DNA of 51,051 nt, the filler included, from Streblomastix strix (taxonomy: Eukaryota), in the NCBI GenBank assembly GCA_008636045.1. It is 3 parts of 3 records of this genome, joined end to end, with 100 filler letters (N's around TTAATTAATTAA, not from the genome) between each part and the next. Parts side by side here need not be neighbours in the genome. Positions count along the whole stretch, not along the records: positions 1 to 16,954 come from SNRW01000742.1; 2 more parts are not named here. One strand, 5' to 3'. Each line of letters opens with the position of its first letter. Position 1 is the stretch's first letter. The notes under the pieces were generated by a model. That model was not told where the DNA came from. It searched no databases and was given only the letters and a program-made list of their open reading frames with translations. Below are positions 1-14,786 of the stretch, one piece after another. The position numbers and the translations under genes are program-made.

Positions 1-166
1 TTGTACATTTATCTATTTGATTATTTTATTGTTGACAAATTTCCTAAATTATCCAAACGTACTGGGTATGTGAAACCAAAAACTATAAAAATCGTTTACG
101 ATTTACGAAAACACGAAACTGGCTGTACAAAAAATAAATTAGATTTATTTTTTCATTATTTATTCG

Positions 167-438
167 CAGTGTTTTTCCTAAGGGTGCGGTATGGCGTAGC
201 CCTACTCCAAACATTGTGGACTTGCTACGCCAAACTTTTGGGGTTCCTACTCCACTTGTTTTCAATAATAAATATTATATATCAATAATTTTATAAAAAT
301 TTCTCGCTCGGCCCTCCGGGCCTCGCATTTACTATAAAATTTTTATTAAAATTAAAATTTTGTTACGCCAAACTTTTTTGATGTTTACGCCATACTATTA
401 TTTTTTACGCCAAACTTTTGCTCTTAGGAAAAACCCTG
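167..438. mobile_element. Non-autonomous hAT-type MITE, 272 bp
   Basis: Terminal inverted repeats CAGTGTTTTTCCTAAG (167-182) and CTTAGGAAAAACCCTG (423-438) match at 15/16. Flanked by the perfect 8-bp direct repeat TTTATTCG (159-166, 439-446). Internal repeats of TACGCCAAACTTTT. CAG-starting TIRs with an 8-bp TSD are typical of hAT elements. Confidence 0.9.
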
Positions 439-924
439 TTTATTCGAATCATTTCGAGAATTAAAATTTAAAAGATAATTAATGAATAGTATAGTACAAT
501 TTCCATTATTTATAAATTAGTACTTCAATCAGATATTAATTTGCATTTATATGTTGAAATTATAGTTGGAAAATTTTGGTAATAAAATCGTTTGCTCAAA
601 TAATTTCAAATTAAACTTAAATATTTTTACATGTTTGCAATATGATAATGTTCATATATCATTTTTTATATTATAACTCAACTTGTGCGGCTAGAACTAA
701 TTCCAAGAAATTATATTTGTAAATTTTGTTAATTTAAATGCGTAATATTAATTTCAAGTTTGTATTCTATATTAACTATGCGCATTATATAATATTCATT
801 ATCCAACTATTTTCATACTCCACTCAGTCTGAATTACTATTTTTTAAAAAATATTTTCGCTCTCCTTCTCCGATTGGTTTAAAAAATTTATATATAACAA
901 CTCATATTTTATTTATTTATTAAG

Positions 925-3900
925 ATGGCCGAAGAGGAAAAAAGCCAAGCATCGTTTGGAAGCCGTTCTATGATTAATGGTACTTAAGCTGGGGATACGT
1001 TCAGTAAGGTCGACGAGGTTATTTTTAGCTTCTTTTTTCCCCTATACGAGTAAAAACGAAAGCCTTCTGAACTCTGGCACGTATTTATGATAATTTGGGA
1101 GATTGTACAGATGACGGCGATGAGTATGTACTCGGTTGATACAGGAACAAACGAAATAGACCGTGTTTCTTAAGTTGTAGGATACTTGGATGGTTCATAA
1201 TTGTCACTTGTTTTAGGTAAATTTATGCCATATCTCAATATAGGGATCTTCGGACTTGAATTAGCAATGATTGGGTATGCGATTATATTTTTAAAATAAA
1301 ATAAATATTCAAATTAATTTTCAATATATTTATATTTATATTATCAGGATGATGTTTGCTGCATGTATACTATACCGATATATAATAGCATCACAACCAT
1401 GGATACTTTCATTCCTTCGTGGATTTATAGAAGTGAAACAACGAATGCTTTACATTTGGATAACAAACATCAATATTTCTTCATTTGATTGTTATTCTGA
1501 TGAAGATGGGCTAAGTCATTGGAGAGCAGATCCAAATATTGTTTGTTTCAATGTATGCAAAATATAATACTATCATTAAAAATATATATGATTTGCATAT
1601 TAATATTACAGTTAATTACAATCTTCAAATTATATTATTTATTACTTTAATTTTAAATTCAGAGCGACATATTCCAGATTATTGGTGCAGTGATCGCTAT
1701 AATCAACTTAATTGTCTTCTTTTCAATGTCAATCGTCTTGAATATAGCCATCTACAACCACAATCCAAAGAACGGTGGCCTTCTCAGTTGTCCAAATGGC
1801 ACATTCCCATGCTTCCAGAATGTTCTTTTATTTGGGGTGATATTCGTGATCAGATTTTTGTATTAATGGCCTTTCTGGAGAGGATTTCTAAGTATAGGCA
1901 TTTCACTTGTCATTGTCCTTTACTTAGTACTTCTACAACCTTACTATTCATTCATGTCAAACTTCTTGTCTACTTTATAATGGTCTATATTTGGATCACT
2001 TAGATTTTGCATGGAAATTGGGTATGAAATTAAATTTACAAATAAAAATAGTATTTTATTTTCATAATTTAGTATTATTTTCATATTTATTATTTATTAT
2101 TTATTATTTATATTTATTTTCAGATACTCATTTGAGAAATCAACGAATAATATAATTCCTTCAATTGTATTCATAATCATTGGTGTAGCATTATCATGTA
2201 TGTATTAAATTATAGTAAAAAGAATAATTTTATCAATAATCAATTAATCTTTATTTTATTATCATTTTATTAAAATTATTATTACAGGTGCAATTATTAC
2301 TGCAAATAATATGTTGATCAATCGTGTAAGAAAGAAATAATATTTCTTAAAGTATGTTAAAAATTTAATATTTGTTTATTTTTTTCAATTTATTTTTATT
2401 ACTTATTAATTTATAATTATTAACATTATTATTTATTAATTAAATCACTATATTTATTCAATATCATAATATAATATAGGAATGGTCGACCTCATATTAA
2501 TATTAACACAGAAGAAGGTAAAACATCAACAATGCCGAAGATTAAAAATCCAAATAAAGTTGAACCATCAGTTCGATTCTTACAATTAAAGTATATGCGT
2601 AACTTAGAAATGTACAATTATGTTGATCATGTATATACAACAGTGTGTTATAAATATTAATTTATTTATGTGTGTTATAAACATTAAATAGCTACATAAT
2701 AATAATATAAATATTTTTCATAAATTTATTTATTTATCTTCTTATTATAATTTTATAGGCAATAAAACGGCACAAATCGAATCCATACTTATATTTCTTA
2801 TATGCGAACTTCCTTTGCTACTATAAGAAGAACTGGGTTAAATCGCAATCAGTGTATCGATAAGCTCGTATCTCAAGTCCATCAATAATTCTGAGATTTG
2901 TTTTGTATTGTAAGACAAAAGAAGGCGGAAGAGGAAGCGGTGATTCATCAGATGGAGAAGGAGCTGGATCTGAATTGTCAAGTTTAGCTTTCAAAGCGAC
3001 AATGGCACTTGCAATTGAACACCATGAAATGTCAAGAAATGCTCTTAAGACTTTCTTTGAGAACATGACGATGATTAATCCTAATTATTCAGTGATGGCT
3101 GAACATCTAAGCACGATTGTTGAAGAGGAAGCTAAAGGAAGGAAATGTTTCGAAGAGCTTCTTGCAACACATCCACAGAACACAGCAGTACTTCGATCAT
3201 ATGCAAGATTACTTATAGATATATACTAGGATGAAGACACAGCTGAAATGTTACTTGCACGAGCTGATCGTATTGAAGAAGATCAAGGAGTATCGGTTAC
3301 TGGAGATCGTAATCTAAATAACCATGGACAATTAAATGCTCAAAATGAAGCGGATGCAATTGCAGGATAACAAATTGAAGAAGATGCATAAAATAATAAG
3401 AGAAATAGATCTAATGATAATATGAGTTAGAATAAATCAATTCATCATAAGAAAAAGAAGTAGAAGAAGAAAGAAGATACAGTTATGACAGAAATAACAA
3501 CTGGATCACAATCAAACTCTAAACTTGGAATTATTATTGGAGGACTTTTATTCGGAGCTCATATTCTAGCTATTGTGATCTACTGTGTAAGTCTAGGAGT
3601 ATATTTCAGTTAAGCTAATCGATTTGAGATGCGTCTTACTAATCTGAAACGAGTTTGTGATGTTGCTTCATTTTCAACCGAACTTGCACCTCTAGCGATG
3701 ATGTATATGGTACATGAATTTGATTACAACTTTTCATATCCAGGATCAATTGATGGACAATCTGGAGTAATCCGAACATTTGATCTTGTTCAAAGTAGGA
3801 TGAAAGAACACTCGGAGAAAATTGTATCTGTAACTTCTAATATCTATGAGATGACTACTCTTACAGAACCTTGGGAAGACACTAATCTTGAATCGTAAAT

Positions 3901-6900
3901 ATTCATGACAGGAGATGCAAATTGCACAGATTAAAATGGAATCTAGTCTATTTGCGAAGGAATGGTACTTGACCATCAATTATAGGAAACAAACTTACTT
4001 CGTGCGTTAACATTGCTTGCTTAAAAAGGATATTCATTAGGTACTATTAAAGAAGATCCACATATTATGAGTACTTATCATCAAGATCTTACATATATCT
4101 GTTTCAATTCTATGTCTCCAATCTTAGCTGCATGCAAGAGAGCGATGATTAGCTATTGGGAAGATACGAATCAACTTACATCTGAAATATTAGTTATATT
4201 CATTGTAGTTATTGTAGTTATCATGGTTGGTGAACTTGCAATGCTTATAATAACATATGTTTTCTTCTCAATTAAGATCATAAGAGAAAGAAGAAATGCA
4301 TTCTAACAAGTGCTTGAAGTACCAAAACAGAAAATGTAAGGAGTAATTCGTAGACTTCTATAAGGAGATTAAAATGAAGATGATGATAAAGAAAATTAAA
4401 CTTTTAGCCAAATAGAACAAATGGAAAATGAAATTGATTAAAATTTTGATGAAACTGATCAAAAAAGCGCATAGAAACAAATTGAGGGTAAAAAGAATAA
4501 TTCCTTGGATTCTCATTCAAATGAACAATAAAATGAATAAGATTAAAAAGAATAAACTGTTCAATAAGAAGACATCCAATAAGATAATAATGAGCATACT
4601 CCAATTGGAAAACAATTAAGTAGGAAATAAACAATTATGTTGAAAGGCAGAAAAAGATCAGTCTAATCAGTATAGAATTCGAAAGATAGTGAGAAAGAAT
4701 AATAAAAAGATGAAGATTCATCTAATAATAATTAAAATTAAGAAAATTTGCAATTTCAACCTTTAGACTCACAGAGATAACAACATGCTTCCAATATGAT
4801 ATCACATAATGGAACTCCAATAGTTAATAATATAAATCCAACTGAAGAGAAAGAATAAAATGATACGAAAAGCATTGAATAAACCGGATTATAATAATAG
4901 TAATAAGATTAAGCTAACAATACAAAAATACCTGGTTAGACTGATATTTCTGCACTTCTGAAATCATTGGGGCTCAATTCGGGATGTATAATAATTATTT
5001 GAAATTAATTTTATTAAAAATAATTCAATTATTTTATAAACAAAAATATTATACATATATTTTTAATTAATTTATTATTATTAATATTAATATTATAATA
5101 TCAGCTCTTGGCAATTAGCAGACTTCAACATCTTAACCTTCATAAGTTGCGTCCAACACTCAGAACTTAATAATGTCTCCTACAAATCTCTTAAATTCAG
5201 TTCTTGGATCATAATCAAATATGATTTCTTCACAAACTGGTGCAAATTAACAAGGAATATCTGCTTTATAATAGATGGTTACATTTAATCCGCTTAATGG
5301 TTCAACATCTACAACTGGAACTAATTTAATCAATCAAACTATCGGTTCTCCACCAAATTCTGTTCTTTAGCCACAATCTCCTCATTTTCTTTAAATTATT
5401 CATCCTACTCCCCAAATTGGTTTGTTATCTTAACAGTAAAATATGTCTCCATATGCAAATCAATTAGTACAATCGCCAATTCTATCTACTTCTCCATAAA
5501 TTTTCTCTCCAATGCAACAACAGCAACAGCAGTGGCTTTAATAATAGCAATAATTTTAACAATAACAGATGTAAATGTAGAACATTCAAAACAATATTTA
5601 ACCTTCAAGTCCACCAAATTAAACTCAAAGATCACATTCACCATTCTATGGATTATAGGGAGTAGTCTAATAAGCTGTAAATATATAAAAATAATAACTT
5701 TAGCAATAATAATAGAATTAGTAATAATAATCAGAAATATAATAGTAATAATAATAACCTTAATAATTATAATAATAATAATAATAGGTATAACAAAGAG
5801 AATAACAACATAGATAGATTCAATATGTTTAACAAGGGATGGTATGTAAAATAATATGATATTAAAATGAAAATTCATTTAACTCTCAAATTATTTTTAT
5901 ATATAAATATATATTTTTTCTACTATATCCTTTCCCATTAATTTATTTGAATAAGGATGATGATGATGAGAATGAGCAACAGAAGGGATTTCTGAGATAG
6001 ATTATTGAAGATCCAATTTGGGAAGAATCACTTGATCAAGATATAGCAAAATTGCAGGTAATAATTATTTTTGTTATAATTTGCATATTATTTTCAAAAT
6101 AATTAATTACATCTAAATTTATTTTATTAATATTATTATTTATTATTCATATTTGGAAATGTTTATTATTTTCAAAATGATTTATNNNNNNNNNNNNNNN
6201 NNNNNNNNNNNNNNNNNNNNNNNNNNNNNNNNNNNNNNNNNNNNNNNNNNNNNNNNNNNNNNNNNNNNNNNNNNNNNNNNNNNNNATCAAGTTTATTATA
6301 AATATTGTTGTATCACTGGCTGCTGAACTACTCATTTTAGCTGCTCTAATTGTTGTTGTAGTTGTCTATGTGTAACTATATTCGTATGAGAAATATATAC
6401 TGAATATTATTTATGGATAAATGAATGTTTAATTAAAAAATATGAAAAATTAATTTGAAAGTATTATGATTTATTTTATAATTTGAATAATATTAATTTA
6501 AATATTAATTTTTTATTCTTTATTCTTTTAGAGGTACAGCTGCCAACATTGTAATGAGCGGAATGCGTCCAGCATATTTAGCACAGATGCACTATTTGAA
6601 TTTGAGGCTTGAATTATTGTTTAAATAATTATTTTCGTCTCATTAATTTTTATTATTTTTATTTTCTTTATTATTTTCTTTATTTATTTATATTTATTTA
6701 AAAAAAAATAATTCACATTTATTAAATAGACTTCTCTACACTTACCCGCATATTGAGCCAAAGGATAACATAACATTGAAAAATACCAATCCAGTGTGGA
6801 AAGATAAATCTCATGTAATGGCCAATAGAACTGTAATTATGTAGTATGAAAATTAATATTTAAAGTAGAACAAATTAATATTTGAAATAAAACAAATTAA

Positions 6901-9481
6901 TAATAAATAATATTTATGTTTATTTTTCAATTTTTTATTTTTTACTATTTAAAAGTTGTTTGGTTGGTTTGATGGGTTAGCTAACCAAAGTTCATCATAG
7001 TGTTCATTTTGGATCGAGCTAATTCACAATTACTACTGTATGAAGATCAAATTATATTTCATTAACAACATTATTATAGTACTTTATTTACTATATTATT
7101 TATTTATTTAAATTTAATTTTAATATTATTTTGTAATATTTTATTCAGGATGATATTCTTGACAGTATGTCAACACGGCGATTGGATTCTGGTCAAACAG
7201 TTTCATCGCTGCTTAAGAATTCAAGTTGTTATATGCAGGATACTGAAAAGTGTGAAGATTAACCAGGCAATCCTGAGGGAGTTGGAATAGGAAGAATATT
7301 TTCAGTATTTATATATAACATATATAATATATTTTATTAATTAGGTAAAACCAATTTACTTAATCTTCTTATTATTTATTAATTTATTCAAATCTATTTA
7401 TTTATTTGTTTATTATTATATTAATTTAAATTATTTATTCATATTAATTTAGACTTAATGGCCAGTAAGTGGGCTCTCATCGCTTCTCTCTCGTATGAAT
7501 ATCTATATAGAACAACTCAATCGTACTGATCTGGACGAAATATTAGATACTGACTTCCTTGACTCGAGGACTGTTACTGGTGGATCTTCTGGTTTATTAT
7601 TAAATTATTTCAGTAATAATTTGATTTAATTTACATACAATTTATTTAAATATAATTTGATTTTATATATTTTTATTTATATTTAATTTATATTTAATTT
7701 TTTGTTTCATCTTTCAAATAACTAAAGGTGCCAGTCTCCCAAGCTAGTCAATACCTTCTTCTTACAATAATAGAAAGGGAGATACAAATGATCAGGTTTG
7801 TTATTTATTATTTTATTTATTTATTCTTATTCATTATTTTATTTATTTATTCTTACTTATTTATTAATTTAAATATTTCTTATTTTGTTCATTATGTTTA
7901 AATAAAACAATTTTAGATTCGTTTTATTGTAACTGCAATTCGCAATGATATGAGCGATGGAATGAAATCGTTGACAGGTAAATAAATATTATTGTTAATT
8001 GTTTTTAATTATTTTAATTATTTTTATTATTTTATTTATTTATATTATTTCATTTTATAATTTAATACTTAAATACATTAGATTCTATTCTATAATCTGG
8101 TATTGACTGGATTAGTATGTCTACTTAAGTTCTTATGTTCAGTGTAATAGGTATATTTATTATTAAATTACTTTATTTCTTCATTATTATAATTATTTAT
8201 TTGATGAATAATTAAAATTAGGTTGTTCTGTAGTATAGCTTGTGATGGTCATCATCAATGCAATACCATGGAGTTAGGATGTGGTATAAATTTATAAATC
8301 TTATTAATATATTTATATCAATGTTTTATAATAATAGATTATTTACCTATCTTTTTTATATGTTGATATTTTTCCATATCTTATTTTAATTATATTTACT
8401 TTACTATTACAGGTTCGTGCCACCAACTAATCTCGATCAATGCTCCAATTGCTTCCAGTTGGACCTGGTTCAAGTCTTGAAAGGGGAAAAGATGGAGAAG
8501 GAGCTGAAAAAGAGATTTAATTGCTCCCTAGTATGAGGACTGGGTTTGCTAATTTATATATAATTGATTATTTATATATAAATAGTTTTTTTATTATTTG
8601 ATTTAAAACAATTTCATAATATTTTACTATTAATCATTGCTGATATTAGTTATCCTCCTCTTGACAGTGGTCGTGAGCGCATTGTTGAAGCTGCACTAAT
8701 TTTGATACAGCAAATAAAGGCAAAAGAAACATTATCTGTACTACTTTCATAGTATCAGACATTGATGCAAGTTACACTCAGGCAATTTAGCACAGAAGAG
8801 AAAGAGATGATTGAAAGAGGATATTCTGGAACTGTTGGTAAGAATAGTCAAAAGGGAAATGTGAGCATGGAAGAAATACTGAATAGTGGACCAGGAGAAC
8901 TTGGGCCAAATGCTTCTTCATTGATTGAAGCAAACTATGATTAAAATGCAAATGCTTTTAATGTTAAAAATGCGAAGATGTTACCACAGAATCAATAAAA
9001 TTAATAGAATTAAGCAAATGTCTCTTCTGATCAAAATGCAAATACGAATTAAACTCAGCCTGGAGCTGTCAAAGAACAAAAAGATAATAAGAATGATGAT
9101 AATACCAAAGATGAAGAAGAGAAAGGATTCTAAAAAAGAAGAGGTGCAGCGCAAGCTTTGATTAACACAAACAATGATCCAAAGCTTCATAACTACATGA
9201 CGCATGCTAGAGAACATATTGTACTTCGCCAGCGTATAACAATCCTTGGCGATTAGCTCAAAGTTGATGATGATGGAGCATCAAAAATGATTGCAAAAAG
9301 AAATTTGATCAAATTATTTGATGGGCATTTTACTAATGCTGATGTTGTCTTTGGAAACACAATTCCTGCTGATGAAAAGATTGCTGTGAAAGAAGGCGAA
9401 GTTAAAGAAGGATAATAACAAATAATTGAGGCAACTGGAGTTGAAACAGCAGCAAATGCAGAAAATTCAGGAGCTGATTGA
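925..9481 (+). CDS. Large multi-exon, multi-pass membrane protein, TmcB-like, with C-terminal hemerythrin-like domain
   Basis: With TAA/TAG=Gln it reads MAEEEKSQASFGSRSMING... through several hydrophobic helices, a TPR-like segment (HKSNPYLYFLYANFLCYYKKNW...HPQNTAVLRSYARLLIDIY), more TM helices and a Q/N-rich linker, then MRTGYPPLDSGR...QFSTEEKEM...THAREH...GHFTNAD, ending at TGA 9479-9481. Many AT-rich introns; spans a 100-N gap. Family assignment is from recalled motifs and exon boundaries are not fully resolved. Confidence 0.75.
6186..6285. other. Scaffold gap (100 N) inside the first gene
   Basis: Run of 100 N without the linker motif; coding-like sequence continues on both sides. Confidence 0.97.
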
Positions 9482-10320
9482 ATAATTAAATTAAAATGAA
9501 GATAATTTATTATATTTTTTGTCATTCTGAAATTGCAAAAAACAGATTTCAATAAGTCTTTTACGTTAAATTTTATACTGTATTGAGATTCACTTATTTT
9601 AATCAGATATACTTCTTTTTTGCTATATAGATTCATTTATTTTAAAAGTAATAATATTACATATATTTATTTTTTAGATTTAACACTTTTAAGGATCTTT
9701 GTTTCTTTTCATCTCTTTAAATTTTATATTTCGCAGTTACTTAAATTTATAAAACAACATTTTATTTTTATATTTTTTTTATTACATAGTTACTTTACAC
9801 ATTTCATTATTAAAATATTTTCTCTTTCTTTTATAAAAATCAATAAAAAAAATATTCTTAACAAACATCTATTTTAAAGTGAATTCTTGATCAAATAATT
9901 ATATATCAATTCAAAATAATACATCAATATAATAAATCTGATTCTACAAATGAAGAACGCGAAAGTTTACCAGTAGAGCAAAGAAAGCGAAGAAATGTTT
10001 TTTGAATCTGCATGAGTTATTATTGAAGGAAAAGAAAATTGTTGAGTTTAATTTAATTTTATATGATTAACAACCTGTATTATCCAAATCATTTTTAATA
10101 AAATCTTTTCATTGTCAAGTGGCCAGATCAATATCAGATTTTCATTCATTTTTGTTTTTTTTTTTTCTTAGGAGTTGTCTTTCTCATATTAAATGTCTAA
10201 GTATGATTAAAAGTTAATTAATATTTTAATAAACATAAAATTAAATTTAATAAAATAAAAGTTTACAATTCAAGTTTATTTCAGAATTCTAGAGATCACG
10301 TCACAAAGGGGCTCATTCAA

Positions 10321-13300
10321 ATGGCGCAACCACGAATACCAATTTAAGACAATTTGGGAGCGTCATTTAAATCTTAGTCACCAGGTGGCAAGGATGTATG
10401 CTGTGAGAAATTATTGTTTTTAAATAATGACAGATTTTTGTTAGTATTATGAACAAATTATTCATTTATATACTATGAAATTAATAATATATAGAAAATA
10501 TATAATTCTATTATAAAAATTTACACTATTATAAATTTTTAAGTGCAATATTATTTGCTCGAAAATTTTCTTTCTTATTTTCGTTATTTCATTATTATTG
10601 ACGATATAATATTATTAAATTTGTATTAATTATTATGTATTTATTTATTTTAATCTATTAATAAGAATAAAACATAAATTACTTAATTAGCTAGTCGCCT
10701 GAAACTTCGCGAAGTTTCTGATGACGAGAAAATAGAATCCCTTGTGAGTCTCATCAGTCTAACTGTAAACTGTGTGAATATTTATTTTAATGCATGTATC
10801 TTATAATTTTGCAAATATAGTTGATTTAAGCGAATGGCGCAGAATTGTAGCTACAAGTGGAGTCGTAGAAACAACATCGAATGTTATGCTAGAGACAAAT
10901 AATTAGAGGATTCGAGTTCGGAAATTTTCTTTAAATTCTATTTTACATCCAATTTCATTTAATTTACCTATTTTATATTTATTATATATATTTACCAGAC
11001 TCTATGTGGCGCTGTATCTTATCTTTTTCAACAGCGTGGGACTGAAGTTTCAAAATAACCCGATTGGAGATCACTTCTCTCTCCAATGGTCTCATTACTC
11101 TTTGTATGCTTACTATTTATATGCTTAATATATTATAATATATATTTGAATATATAAATTACTATTTGTTATAATAAGTAAACTAAAATAATTCTTTTCT
11201 TTGTATTATATATTATATTAAATATTTTTGTATAAAAATCTTATTTAATTAAGAACCGCGACGAAGGCATATCAGAAACTGGTAAATAATCCCTCCTAAA
11301 AGCCTTTGATCGAAACCCAGATGCTTTATCTGGCCTAATTGAGCTTGGCATATATGACAAAGCAGCAGATAATCTAGATATAGCATTCCCAAGTCGTGCT
11401 TCAAATGCCGCACCAGTAGATGTATCATAAGGTGTACTTTTGAATGTTCTTGAAATAGTTGAAAGAGCGATTCGTAGTGGTGCAGAATTGGGCAGAAAAG
11501 CCTCAAAACTGAAGAAAACGGTAGAGCGGATAGTATCGGTTAATTTACCACGTCAACTGAAAACTCTTGTCAACAACATCCTGAGTATCTTAGATGAAAG
11601 GCGAGGCGAGAGCGACGATGATGAAGAATAAGCGCAGTCTATTATATAAGAACTCCAACAAAAGCTCAAAGAAGCCGAAGAGAAAGCGAAATCCGCTGAA
11701 GAATGGGCGCAGATGGAGCAGAAATTGAAGAGAGAGGCCTAAGAACAAGCATGGGCAGCTGAGAAGAGCCTTCGTGATGACCGAAGCGTCGTCAGTAGTG
11801 GTAATATGTCTGGGTCGATGAAGATTAATAATGACAGGAGCAATGAGCTTGAGTCGAGGTTGAGGTAATGTGAGTAAGATAGAGATCAGTAAAGAAAGAG
11901 AGCTGATTAAGCTGAGTAGTAATTGAGGAATTCAGGTGGTAATAATAAATAGGGGAACAATCCTGCGAATGATTAGAAAATGCGAAGTATGGAGATGGCA
12001 ATATAAAAGGAGAGGAATCGAGCTGATGCTGCTGAATAAAGATGTCGAACTCTGGAATAGGATAAATCTGGGAATAAATTTGGGAATAACGGAAACATAT
12101 CTAATCTACAACTTCGAAATTTAGAATAAGAAAAATAACTTGAGAAAAATCGTGCAGATATTGCAGAAAAAAATGCATAGATTTTTGAGTAGGAACAACA
12201 GAGATAAACAATCAGAGCAGATGTTGCCGAAGAAAGATTATAAAAGCTTGAAAATGACTAATACAAAGAACATTTAGACAAAGAGAAAGCTATTCAAGAC
12301 CTGATGAAGCTTCAAAAAGAACTTCAGCTTAAAAACAACAAGATTATGGAATATGAAAGATAAAATCGAGGTCCAATGTCTCCTCCTGCTGTGGGATCAT
12401 ATTCGCCCACACAAAATTTACAATCTCCAGAAACAAACAAAATGCTTAATTCAACAACATCGTCAAAAACGTCATTTGGATCACAGAATTCAAATTAGGT
12501 TTCATTCCAGAATCCAAATCAAAACCAAAATCAGTCCATTAATCAGAATTCATAATCAAAAATGCCATAAATTCAATCACCACCTCCTGTTCAACCAACA
12601 ATGCAGAAATCTTCGTCTAAGATTCTTCCTCCTCAGAAATTATTGGGGACATTAATGCCAGTTACTGGGTTGAGTCAATAACCGCCTGGAAAGGGTAATT
12701 AATGTATGATTAATTTATATTTATTTATTTTTTATAATTATAATTATAATGAAAATTAAATACTCATTAATATTTTATATTGGAGAATAATTAGGGGTAA
12801 TGATAAGAATTAATAATTAATATTATTATTATTTTAAATTCATATATAAACAAAATTATTTTATTTTATTACCATATTCGTTATATACTAACTATAACTC
12901 ATATACAAATAACCATATAATTATATTTCAGTACCAGTAATCGCTCCATTCTTCATCTTACCGAAAAAAGTCGCTGGTAAAACAGACAAGAACAAATTTG
13001 TGCATACAGATGATAATGAGAAATATTGCACTATTGCTATTGATCCGGTGATCACTGAAGGAGTTGTTAGACTTGAAGTTGTGTATGAGAAGAACGCTGG
13101 ATATGGATAAAGTGTGATTGTTGTATAATAAATGAATATTAGAAAAGATTTATATTGATATTATTAATAAAATTTGCTATATTTTATGACATTAAATATT
13201 TATTCAGGCATTGGAATAGCTGATGCTTCAATATAATTCTCTGCTCACATGGGACCCTGGGATTAAGGAAGTATATATTGAATATATATATAATTATTAT

Positions 13301-14062
13301 AGAATAATTTTATTTTATGAATATTTAGTAATAATTATTAGTCAAATATTCTTAATATTTATACATCTAATAATAATATATTATATCTTAACAGATTAAG
13401 ATAGAACTGTCCGTTTCTGGAACTAGTATGTTATATAGCTATTTTTATATAAAAGTTATAAATAAATAAAAATAATATAAAATATAAATTTATTTAAATT
13501 GAAATTTATGTAAATTATATTAATTTATATATAAAGCGGGAAAGTTGAGCACATCACCAATGGTCTGAAAGGAAATAGCGATTACAAAGACAATCAACGT
13601 GTGGCTGTAGAGGTTTGCATTATACAGACAATTCAAATATTATATATATTAAATATTACTATTTTAATTATATGTATATTAATTTTTTTATATACTGATT
13701 TGATTAATTCATATATAATAATAGGTCGATATGAGAACTGAGCCTCGAAGGGGGTATTTATTCATTGACAATGTTGAACAGCCATGTTACATAACTGGGA
13801 TTCCAGATGCAATTCGATTCTGGGTGTGCAAATATTATTGATTAAATTAATATATGTATAAATAAATATTGAATTGTTTGAATTAATTTATTCTCTAAAA
13901 TTATATAATATTTATATTTATTATATTATATGATATATATTCCAGAGTTGCATCTGTGCACCATCTTCTACCTTCACAATCACGAAATTCCTGAACCTTA
14001 ACTCTTCTTCAGCCAGAGGAATTAAAGGATAAAGAGCGTTATAGTGGGGCCAGTCTTGGTGA
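10321..14062 (+). CDS. Multi-exon protein: ARM-like N-terminus, coiled coil, Pro/Gln-rich linker, C-terminal SPRY/B30.2-like domain
   Basis: MAQPRIPIQDNLG... start; helical segments (DWRSLLSPMVSLLF, GKQSLLKAFDRNP); E/Q/K-rich coil at about 11640-12360; C-terminal exons TIAIDPVITEGVVRLEVVY / IGIADAS / VAVEVDMRTEPRRGYLFIDNVEQPCYITGIPDAIRFW; TGA at 14060-14062. GT-AG introns between GC-richer exons. Confidence 0.8.
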
Positions 14063-14133
14063 AAGGACAATTGAATTAATGAGTTAATGAATGGATTAAT
14101 TAATAATTGAATGATTGATTGAATTAATAAGAG

Positions 14134-14242
14134 AAATTAATATGATATATAAGAAAAATTATCCACCATGAAGATTGGAAATAATAAATTAATATGATAT
14201 ATAAGAAAAATTATCCACCATGAAGATTGGAAATAATAAATT
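14134..14242. repeat. Perfect tandem duplication, 52-bp unit, two copies
   Basis: AAATTAATATGATATATAAGAAAAATTATCCACCATGAAGATTGGAAATAAT starts at 14134 and again at 14186. Confidence 0.9.
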
Positions 14243-14786
14243 ATAATAATTAACATTGGCAGATGAATATGTAGATAAAGTTTAAGAAGAAATGATTATA
14301 TATTATGAATTTTAACATATATAAATATTTAACTCAATGTCTTGAGTAGAGTTGACTTCACTTCGATTTTTGTAAATTCTAGTTACTTTCTATTTAAAAT
14401 ATTTTTTCAATCTAAAATTTTTTCATTTTTATTATTTAAATTTTTTTATTTTGTTTATATATAAAAATAAGAAAATAATCTTTGAATTTGCTTATTTGTT
14501 TGTTTATTTTATGACATTTGACTTGATTGTTAACTTAATATGGCATGAAATAATAGCTAATGGCAAACTGGAAGTGCTTTTCCGTTTATACTAACATTTA
14601 ACAAGAATTGACAATAGGTTGGTATGAAACAACAGTTATTGATGAAGAAGAAATTATGGAGTAGAATAAAACATTAAATTAAATGAAAATGAGTATATGA
14701 TATAGTATAATATAATAAATTAACAATTAATCAAGTAATCTTCACCTTTTTTCTACTAAAAACTTTTCAATATTTGGTGAAAGAAT

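Noticed and set aside
1..288. 95-aa track ORF at the window start
   Set aside because: It runs into the MITE and has no recognisable motif.
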